DNA of 64,000 nucleotides. Source: Mizuhopecten yessoensis (taxonomy: Eukaryota). Below the pieces are notes generated by a model. The model was not told where the DNA came from and did no database searches. It was given only the letters and a program-made list of their open reading frames with translations. The stretch spans positions 1,095,718-1,159,717 of the forward strand of contig NW_018408864.1 in assembly GCF_002113885.1 (NCBI RefSeq), given 5' to 3'. Shown here piece after piece: positions 27,301-35,712 of the stretch; within the stretch, counting starts at the first letter, position 1, and the number at the start of each line of letters is the position of its first letter. A program made the translations under genes and the position numbers.

Positions 27301-30300
27301 CCACACTAGTTATCCTGATAAAGCTGTAAGCCGTGTTACCCTATCCCACACTAGTTATCCTGATAAAGCTGTAAGCCGTGTTACCCTATCCCACACTAGT
27401 TATTCAGATTAAACTGTAAGCCATGTTCCCCTAATTTGCACTCGTTATTCTAATGAAGATGTAAGCCATGTTCCCCTATCCTACACTAGTTATCATGAAT
27501 TGACAGTAAGCCATGTTACCTTATCCTACACTAGTTATTCAGATTAAACTGTAAAGCCATGTTTCCCTATTCTACACTAGTTATCATTATTTGACTGTAA
27601 GCCATGCTACCTTATCCTACACTAGTTATTCAGATTAAACAGTAAGCCATGTTTCCCTATCCTTAACCAGTTATACTAATGAAACTTTAAGTCATGGAAC
27701 CTATCCTGTACTAGTTATCGTGATTGAACTGTAAGCATGAGCTAAATGATTTGATTAAACTGTCAGACAGCACAATGAAAAGGCCGTTGTTTAAAATCTG
27801 ATTATCCCCCACTTTCACCGAAACGGGGGACATTAATTTAGGTTTGTCCGTCTGTCCGTCTGTCAGTCTGTCTGTCTGTCTGTCTGTCACGCTTCGTTTC
27901 CGTGCAATAACTGCAACAAATGTTAACCTATTTTCTTATAACTTAGTAACAGGGTTAAATGCCTTAAGTGCTCAACCAAGTTTGATGACCAGTTTCAGCG
28001 GACTTTATTTGGCAGAGTTATGGCCCCTTGAATAACGAAAAACGTCATTATATACCTACATGTTCAATACAAAATTTCTTTGAGTTTCAAGCTAATCATT
28101 ATGTCTCAACAGCACGATACTCACATGTTTACACCTAACCTCAATAATGTTTACGTACAATATGTCCTGCAATCGGGGGATATAAATTCCACGAACCTGC
28201 TTGTTATCACATACGATACCTATTATCCCCAAGGTTTTTTTATCATCTTGTGATTAACGTTGCACACCGTCTCACTTGGGGTTCACGTCGTGCACAAAGC
28301 ACATTGCGAAACTTTGTCCGATCCAACAACTACATTTAGAAATATTTCCAACTTTAAGCTATTCGTGGAATGCTTGGAAACTAACCATCGATTTCATTCT
28401 GAACGCTATCTTATATTGTTGTACCGTCACCATTGAGGTATCAAATTAGTTTATATTGATATCTTATATTTATGTTATATCATAACTTATATCTATGTTA
28501 TATCATAACTTATATTCATGTTACATTTATAACTTACAGATACGGTCATACATTGGTCCATGGAACAATAACAACGGTTGATGACAATTTCGGGAGAAAA
28601 AATGAAGTACCTCTTAAAGACTCCTTTTTCAATACAAGTCTTGCTTTCAATAGTATTGCTGATATCGCGAGGACCATGTCCCTTTACCAGTGCAAAGTAT
28701 CTGATGCGTAAGTTTTACTGTCTCATTAAGAATGTGTGTTACTGTTGTTAAATTGTGTAAAAAATAGAGAATCTTACATGAGTTTCCATAACACATTGGA
28801 TTTATTGAATTAGTTCAATACTTTTATGTGATACGAGCCTTTAGTAATATCAAATTATTGCACGAAAAATAAATCAAATATGACAACGACACAGATGTAA
28901 GACTTATTATCACATAACATTCATGATTTGAAAAATAACTTTAAGCACAATTATGTGTTATCAGCTGACTCTTAAAACGTGTAAACCAAAGCACTCCGAT
29001 CATAGTATTGTCGTTCCGAATATGTTCCAATCGCAGCACCTTAATGTTTTATTACATGTATGTAATACAATATTGTTAACATGGCCATATGGTATAGTTA
29101 AATGGGTCAGTAATGTGATAAACATATTTGTTGTTATGTTAATTCGAACGAGCTCCAGCCAACTACTGTCTTGAGTGGTTTTTTCCTGTATTCTCAAACA
29201 CAAAGCGCATTATGTGAACATGTGCTACAGAAAATAGATGAAAAGAAATGGATACCTGTATCAATCCTTCAAAATGCATCAGATACAAGAGAATGACTGT
29301 AAACCTCGAACGGATTACTTTTCGAGTTAATGGAGACTCAACATTCGAATTATAATCAGTTGGAATCAACCGAGTGTTCAAGTTATCACAAGAAAACAAA
29401 TGACATGCTCGTATCATAATAGGCAAAAGTCCGAGTTCAATTTAATCGTTTGTTTTATTTACTATATTCTCTCTCTCCCCCTGAAAAAGGTTTTTGGTAG
29501 ACGATTTGAAAACACATCTTTTTGAAACGGCAACCTCCCATGGCATGGACCTCACTGCGTTAAACATACAAAGGGGTCGGGATCACGGACTTCCTGGCTA
29601 TATTGCGTTCCGTGACTGGATTGGGTTGTCAGTGCCAAAGGACTTCAGTGAGCTATCGGATCACACGCTTGAAGCTCAAGCCAAACTAGCATCTGCGTAT
29701 GCGTAAGTATATTTGATTTTCTTTCGAGTGAAGTCGCTGGCGGGTGACGACGCTCGGGATCAGTGTTTTCAAACGGTTTACCTGTGTTTCGAGGTTTAAC
29801 CTCTAAATGATGACACTCAAATTACTTTGCACGACAAATGGGATTTGGGTGCACGGCGATATTCAAACCCCGAGAATATGTACTGAATACGAAACCGCGA
29901 AATATTGACCCCGCGAATATAAAGCGCTACAAAGTACATTATTTCGTATAATTATTTAACTTTAAACCCTTTTTACAATATTTAGTTAACTTTTCAAGCT
30001 AATAACAAGTGATGTTCCTGCAAGATATTTGGGGGAAGGGAGTTATTCTAACAGTGTATAGACAACATGATTTTAAATTTTCGGAGCAATCCGCTCCTTT
30101 ATCGAGTCACAGAAACACACACAAAACAATTACATTACACAAAAAATAACATTAGAATTATAAAAGGATATAGGAAATAGTAAGCTACCTGTATCTGCCT
30201 CTGTTGAACAAAAGGCTCTTTCAAAACCTGCAACAAAACATTGTGCAAACTGTGTCCATACACACACTCCACGGATACATTTCAATGTAAAATGAATGGC

Positions 30301-33300
30301 AAAGTATATTACATATTACAAAACTGACAAGCATATCAGTTAATGTAGTATACCTTATTTCCTGCAAATAAAAGGTGATATACAATATGGGGGTGAACTC
30401 AACAAACAGCGCTGCTCCATTTAGCATAGCAAACCAGATTTCCTTGTGTCAAGGCACTTTAAGCTGTCTAACCACAGTTGGACATGGTTGCCATAGATCA
30501 TTGTCCAATCTGAAATTAATCGAGATGGCGCTCGAGGGAATGGTACTGGTTTACCAACCTACAAACCCGCCCCCTCTAGGTATCAACGAATGTTAAGCAC
30601 TTATTCTCCGTGTGTTTCCCTTTCCGATGGGTATTTGACAACCTGATTCACTAATTTTGGTCTGCTGACTCACACGATAGCTGTTACTTGCCAGTGTACG
30701 AGATTGACAGAATCTGTCAGATTTCGTGTACGAAATATCTGCATCTCGGTGTGTAATTTTGTCATTTACTTGTAATACTTCTTTTTCTCCCCCTCACTAA
30801 ATTTTGATAATATATCGTTCGCAAAATCATATATTCATTATAAATTTACCTAACAAAAAGATGTTTCGGGAGTTTTCATCGAAAATGTTAACCACTTTTA
30901 CGGACCTTCTCACAACATCATTCTTATGACCCAACGCTGTTATGCAAGCTCAAATGAACACAAATCAGATTATAACCGGAAAACTGGGCAGTCCACGTAA
31001 AAACAACACTTACATGTAAGTAGCGACAACATATTGATGTGTACACAGGAGGTGATTAATTGATTACCGTTTACTCCTACAAAAGTACAATATGATTTTC
31101 TTTCGAGTTAAGTCACTAGCGGATGACGACGGCTGGGATTAGTGTATTCAAATGGTTTACCTTTATTTCGAGGTTTACTCCTTAAATGATGACACTCAAA
31201 CTACTTGCACGACACATGGGATTTGGGTGCACCGCGAAATTTAACTCCTGAGAATATGTACTGAATGCGAAACCGCGAAATATTGATCCCGCGAATTTAA
31301 AACGCCATACAGTAATTGTTTTGTGTGTTTCTGTGTCTCAATAAAGGAGTGGATTGCTCCAAAATTTTGAAATTATTTTCTCTACACTGTTATAATTAAT
31401 TCCCTGCCCCATATACCAATTTTAAGTTATTCGTACCCTACAATCCTATGTTTGCAAGGATCCAGCGTTATTTGGTAAGTTACCATAGATATTACTTCTT
31501 TGACCCGTTTATAAAAAATGTGTAAGTAAACAGTGTAGAATATCACTTATTTATTTTGTAATCTCATAGAGATGACGTACACTGTTCATTGTTTGCAGTG
31601 ATGTTAGAGACATTGACTTATTCCCTGGTGCCATGTTGGAAACGAACGTTGATGGTGCTCATATTGGTCCAACGTTTTCCGCTATATTGGCAGAACAGTT
31701 TAAACGTCTGAAGTTTGGGGATCGTTTCTATTTTGAAACCACCGGAGATCAAGGATTTCTTCCAGGTATATATTTTGATATCAGTATTTCTGACCTTCAA
31801 ATCCCCTTTACTTTACTTTTTTTAAGTTTACTTTAATACCGATAACTACAAAATTGTGACATTGTAAAGGCTATGTAGCTTTTATTGTGTTATTTTATTT
31901 TTTATACAGTTACGTTTGACAAAACAAATGTAATACAAGAAACATTACTTTTCATGTATAATGATTTTTTCTTTTCATTCAAATTACAAAAGACGTTAAT
32001 TCAGGAGATGAAGTAGGTTTCCCATCCCCAATTATTTGTACTATTACGCTATTTCCATCTCCTTTGTGTAATTTGATACGAACTTCCCATATTAAATTTT
32101 ATCTCTGACAATTTCAGCTCAACTTGATAACATTAAGAAGGTGAGCTTTGCCAAGATCATGTGTGAAGCGTTCGGCCTAGAAGTTATCCAGGACAACGTG
32201 TTCAGCCTTCCTAAGTAAGTACTGACTGAATACAAACAACGTGTTCAGCCTTCCTAAGTAAGTACTGAGTGAATACAAACAACGTGTTCAGCCTTCCTAA
32301 GTAAGTACTGAGTGAATACAAACAACGTGTTCAGCCTTCCTAAGTAAGTACTGAGTGAATACAAACAACGTGTTCAGCCTTCCTAAGTAAGTACTGAGTG
32401 AATACAAACAACGTGTTCAGCCTTCCTAAGTAAGTACTGAGTGAATACAAACAACGTGTTCAGCCTTCCTAAGTAAGTACTGAGTGAATACAAACAACGT
32501 GTTCAGCCTTCCTAAGTAAGTACTGAGTGAATACAAACAACGTGTTCAGCCTTCCTAAGTAAGTACTGAGTGAATACAAACAACGTGTTCAGCCTTCCTA
32601 AGTAAGTACTGAGTGAATACAAACAACGTGTTCAGCCTTCCTAAGTAAGTACTGAGTGAATACAAACAACGTGTTCAGCCTTCCTAAGTAAGTACTGAGT
32701 GAATACAAACAACGTGTTCAGCCTTCCTAAGTAAGTACTGAGTGAATACAAACAACGTGTTCAGCCTTCCTAAGTAAGTACTGAGTGAATACAAACAACG
32801 TGTTCAGCCTTCCTAAGTAAGTACTGAGTGAATACAAACAACGTGTTCAGCCTTCCTAAGTAAGTACTGAGTGAATACAAACAACGTGTTCAGCCTTCCT
32901 AAGTAAGTACTGAGTGAATACAAACAACGTGTTCAGCCTTCCTAAGTAAGTACTGAGTGAATACAAACAACGTGTTCAGCCTTCCTAAGTAAGTACTGAG
33001 TGAATACAAACAACGTGTTCAGCCTTCCTAAGTAAGTACTGAGTGAATACAAACAACGTGTTCAGCCTTCCTAAGTAAGTACTGAGTGAATACAAACAAC
33101 GTGTTCAGCCTTCCTAAGTAAGTACTGAGTGAATACAAACAACGTGTTCAGCCTTCCTAAGTAAGTACTGAGTGAATACAAACAACGTGTTCAGCCTTCC
33201 TAAGTAAGTACTGAGTGAATACAAACAACGTGTTCAGCCTTCCTAAGTAAGTACTGAGTGAATACAAACAACGTGTTCAGCCTTCCTAAGTAAGTACTGA

Positions 33301-35712
33301 GTGAATACAAACAACGTGTTCAGCCTTCCTAAGTAAGTACTGAGTGAATACAAACAACGTGTTCAGCCTTCCTAAGTAAGTACTGAGTGAATACAAACAA
33401 CGTGTTCAGCCTTCCTAAGTAAGTACTGAGTGAATACAAACAACGTGTTCAGCCTTCCTAAGTAAGTACTGAGTGAATACAAACAACGTGTTCAGCCTTC
33501 CTAAGTAAGTACTGAGTGAATACAAACAACGTGTTCAGCCTTCCTAAGTAAGTACTGAGTGAATACAAACAACGTGTTCAGCCTTCCTAAGTAAGTACTG
33601 AGTGAATACAAACAACGTGTTCAGCCTTCCTAAGTAAGTACTGAGTGAATACAAACAACGTGTTCAGCCTTCCTAAGTAAGTACTGAGTGAATACAAACA
33701 ACGTGTTCAGCCTTCCTAAGTAAGTACTGAGTGAATACAAACAACGTGTTCAGCCTTCCTAAGTAAGTACTGAGTGAATACAAACAACGTGTTCAGCCTT
33801 CCTAAGTAAGTACTGAGTGAATACAAACAACGTGTTCAGCCTTCCTAAGTAAGTACTGAGTGAATACAAACAACGTGTTCAGCCTTCCTAAGTAAGTACT
33901 GAGTGAATACAAACAACGTGTTCAGCCTTCCTAAGTAAGTACTGAGTGAATACAAACAACGTGTTCAGCCTTCCTAAGTAAGTACTGAGTGAATACAAAC
34001 AACGTGTTCAGCCTTCCTAAGTAAGTACTGAGTGAATACAAACAACGTGTTCAGCCTTCCTAAGTAAGTACTGAGTGAATACAAACAACGTGTTCAGCCT
34101 TCCTAAGTAAGTACTGAGTGAATACAAACAACGTGTTCAGCCTTCCTAAGTAAGTACTGACTGAATACAAACAACGTGTTCAGCCTTCCTAAGTAAGTAC
34201 TGACTGAATACAAACAACGTGTTCAGCCTTCCTAAGTAAGTACTGAGTTAATACAAACAACGTGTTCAGCCTTCCTAAGTAAGTACTGGGTGACTACAAT
34301 TGTATTCAGGTTCCACTGCTCTAGTCAGAGCTTCCGTTTAAGAGTATTAAATATCTTGTGTTCCGTTGTGAAGTCTTCATACTCAAATGGGGACAATATT
34401 AATCCGTCTTTTCTGTAAGATTTTTCTGTCAGTTTTAACAGTTGTATACCTTTGTTATAGACCATTGTCTTGTCGTAACTTTAGATGAAGCGATATTTAA
34501 TTAACCGGAAATATGTATTTGGTACACTTTTCCGCCCATTTTTCCCTTTTTAGTAGTTTTCATTCAACGGGAACATGAAACGTTTGATATTGTTTCACTT
34601 TAAATATAAAATAGTTTTGCTTTTTACGTTCCTAAGGTAGTTAAGATTTTTGATATAACTTTCTGTGAGAAACAGTAACTAAAAGGGGTAATTCCTTCTT
34701 ATGGTCATAATAAGGCCGTGTATTGAACTGGGTCTAAATACATTTTTTTAGTTATGATTGACTAACGTATTTTTATTATGTTTATCTACGATATAGCCTT
34801 TTCGACAATCGAGCTACTTACTATGAACAGGTGGAAAAGTGATACAAAGCAATATTCATATAGTGCTACGATACTATCATATTTAAATTATTAATGTGTT
34901 TTTTTACTACAGAAAAATATGTGTCAGTTATATATACTGTTACGTATTTATGATAATAAAGTTGAATGGAAAATCTGCAATTTAGATACGTTAGGTTTAT
35001 AATGATATTCATCAATAACGCTGAATAAGCAATAAAAGACATCAGGAATCGTGTTTATTTAAATTCAAACAAAGAAACATTACTAAGTGTGTGAAATGTA
35101 CATAATGTGTCTAAATATTGCAACCATTGTTGTATAAAGAATATTTTGCCAACTGCAATGCCCCATTGAAAAAGCATTGACCATTTTGGCCATTTTTGGG
35201 TTCAAAAGTCATGAAAATTCAAACCTTCAAATAAATGTTTCTTTCTTTTATTTTTCATTAAAGAGACAGGGAATTGAATTTCACCCGAAGATTTTGAATT
35301 TTGATATATTTGGCGTCCATAAAAGCCAACCCATATAAAACCCTTCTATTAATATAAACACAGAAGTTGTTTATTGAATGTCATTTTCACCATATTACGT
35401 TCAATGTCACTATAGACAGTCATACATGTTATCTAATTATAAACAAGTAATGCATGTTTACATGTTGTCTGTAATGTCAGTATCAGGTTAGCATATATGT
35501 AATTAAATTAAAAACGAGTATGAAAGGTTTAATATTGCTTTCATAGTCATTATTATATAAGCGTAAATGTTATCTACTTAAAACCTAGTTATAAATTTGG
35601 TACAGGGTAGAAGACTTAACATGTTTGTTTACATATCTGTTACAGGGTAGAAGACTTGAAGAGATGTGATTCGTATACGGACATTGATGTCAGTCTATTC
35701 AAAGATATATAG
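1..35712 (+). CDS. Animal heme peroxidase (peroxinectin/chorion-peroxidase/peroxidasin-like catalytic domain) with N-terminal Methyltransf_FA-like domain; spliced, 5'-truncated by the window
   Basis: Exons 1-370, 488-626, 2498-2736, 4116-4301, 12765-12825, 13147-13259, 13628-13729, 14469-14564, 24720-25020, 28540-28707, 29490-29702, 31599-31765, 32118-32214, 35646-35712. All junctions are GT-AG and phase-compatible; total 2319 nt = 772 aa + TAG. Motifs: [76 protein letters not shown]. Confidence 0.93.
488..626 (+). CDS. Linker exon (GIDIPAGG...ALKFLLDK)
   Basis: Acceptor tttgtag|488 and donor AA|GTAAGC at 627; phase 1 in and phase 2 out match both neighbouring exons. Confidence 0.65.
1460..1840. 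repeat. Dispersed repeat with a diverged homolog at ~14030-14390
   Basis: Shared collinear blocks AGTTTCAAGTTCA.ATGAAG, TTACATAACTACATG, TTCAAATGG.GCTCTGC.TTGTTGTCAAGCGT, ATTCCCGC.CTTTT. Confidence 0.75.
2498..2736 (+). CDS. Peroxidase exon: pro-region end and [16 protein letters not shown]...AYEDG
   Basis: atttcag| acceptor, G|GTACGT donor, conserved N-terminal peroxidase motif. Confidence 0.92.
3288..3790 (+). mobile_element. Probable degenerate HINE-like element
   Basis: ATACCCT...AGGGT 5' inverted repeat, TTGACCTTTGACCTTG core motifs, AGGGGTAT near the 3' end. Confidence 0.45.
4116..4301 (+). CDS. Peroxidase exon with distal Gln/Asp/His (FGQFIDHDI)
   Basis: ctttcag| acceptor; LPSPRKVSN...[13 protein letters not shown]. 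The donor A|GTACTA is weak but is forced by an in-frame stop just downstream. Confidence 0.92.
4367..11217. repeat. ~6.9 kb minisatellite, 21-bp unit CCCGTTAGTTCACTGTCCCCT (~325 variant copies)
   Basis: Directly visible; produces the spurious PPVSSLS / LTGGDSE ORFs. Confidence 0.98.
12765..12825 (+). CDS. Peroxidase small exon ([21 protein letters not shown])
   Basis: ttgcag| acceptor, AG|GTGTGT donor; supplies the expected CC motif and bridges phase 1 to phase 2. Confidence 0.8.
13147..13259 (+). CDS. Peroxidase exon (C..IEI...DP....CM...RS)
   Basis: tgtcag| acceptor, G|GTATGT donor; conserved C-x2-I-x-I...DP...CM-x3-RS segment. Confidence 0.9.
13628..13729 (+). CDS. Peroxidase exon with Ca2+-binding loop ([19 protein letters not shown])
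   Basis: ttccag| acceptor, G|GTTAGA donor; hallmark motif. Confidence 0.95.
14469..14564 (+). CDS. Peroxidase exon (GKLL...LLP...C...CFLAG)
   Basis: ttacag| acceptor, G|GTTTGT donor. Confidence 0.92.
14829..24246. repeat. ~9.4 kb minisatellite, 22-bp unit GACCGACCTGACCATGTTTGAT, with variants and embedded flank copies
   Basis: Directly visible; produces the spurious [14 protein letters not shown] ORFs. Confidence 0.98.
24720..25020 (+). CDS. Peroxidase exon with distal Arg/Glu (GDVRVNE...HT.F.R.HN...AAFR)
   Basis: tttcag| acceptor, AG|GTAAAC donor; corresponds to ORF 24731-25024. Confidence 0.96.
25093..25330 (+). mobile_element. Degenerate tRNA-derived V-SINE-like element
   Basis: GGTAGCGCAGTGGATAGCGCACTCG head and TCCGGTTTCCTCCCA V-domain-like motif. 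Confidence 0.65.
25405..27735. repeat. 45-bp tandem array CCACACTAGTTATCCTGATAAAGCTGTAAGCCGTGTTACCCTATC; ~40 identical core copies, degenerate edges
   Basis: The line pattern repeats every 180 nt (4 x 45). Confidence 0.98.
27802..28205 (+). mobile_element. Helentron-associated (HINE/DINE-1-like) non-autonomous element
   Basis: 5' TTATCCCCC with nearby GGGGGACAT inverted repeat, (GTCT)n microsatellite, 3' GGGGGATATA subterminal repeat, CTTGTT end. Confidence 0.75.
28540..28707 (+). CDS. Peroxidase exon with proximal His (RYGH)
   Basis: ttacag| acceptor, GC|GTAAGT donor. Confidence 0.93.
29490..29702 (+). CDS. Peroxidase exon ([18 protein letters not shown])
   Basis: Pyrimidine tract plus aag| acceptor, GC|GTAAGT donor; hallmark motif. 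Confidence 0.95.
29714..29936. repeat. ~220-bp segment duplicated at 31093-31314 (DNA-transposon-like end ...TACAGTA)
   Basis: Collinear direct copies starting TGATTTTCTTTCGAGT and sharing AAATGATGACACTCAAA and CGAAACCGCGAAATATTGA. Confidence 0.85.
30030..31410 (+). mobile_element. Degenerate Penelope-like retroelement fragment (Cys-rich linker plus GIY-YIG endonuclease) between ~100-bp inverted repeats
   Basis: 30211-30596, with stops and frameshifts: [17 protein letters not shown]...[15 protein letters not shown]...[12 protein letters not shown]...[20 protein letters not shown]. 30030-30133 is the approximate reverse complement of 31312-31410. Confidence 0.8.
31599..31765 (+). CDS. Peroxidase exon (DIDLFPG...GPTF...QF.RLK.GDRFYFE)
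   Basis: ttgcag| acceptor, G|GTATAT donor. Confidence 0.95.
32118..32214 (+). CDS. Peroxidase penultimate exon ([15 protein letters not shown]...IQDNVF)
   Basis: tttcag| acceptor, AA|GTAAGT donor. Confidence 0.92.
32193..34299. repeat. 43-bp tandem array (49 copies) made of exon end plus splice donor
   Basis: Unit ACAACGTGTTCAGCCTTCCTAA|GTAAGTACTGAGTGAATACAA; donors at 32215+43n up to 34279. Confidence 0.98.
35646..35712 (+). CDS. Peroxidase terminal exon ([21 protein letters not shown])
   Basis: gttacag| acceptor in phase 2; typical C-x5-ID.S.[WF]K C-terminus; TAG at 35710-35712. Confidence 0.85.

Noticed and set aside
25405-34299. Regular 45-bp and 43-bp arrays as possible CRISPR arrays
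   Set aside because: No unique spacers and no cas genes; the context is a spliced eukaryotic gene.
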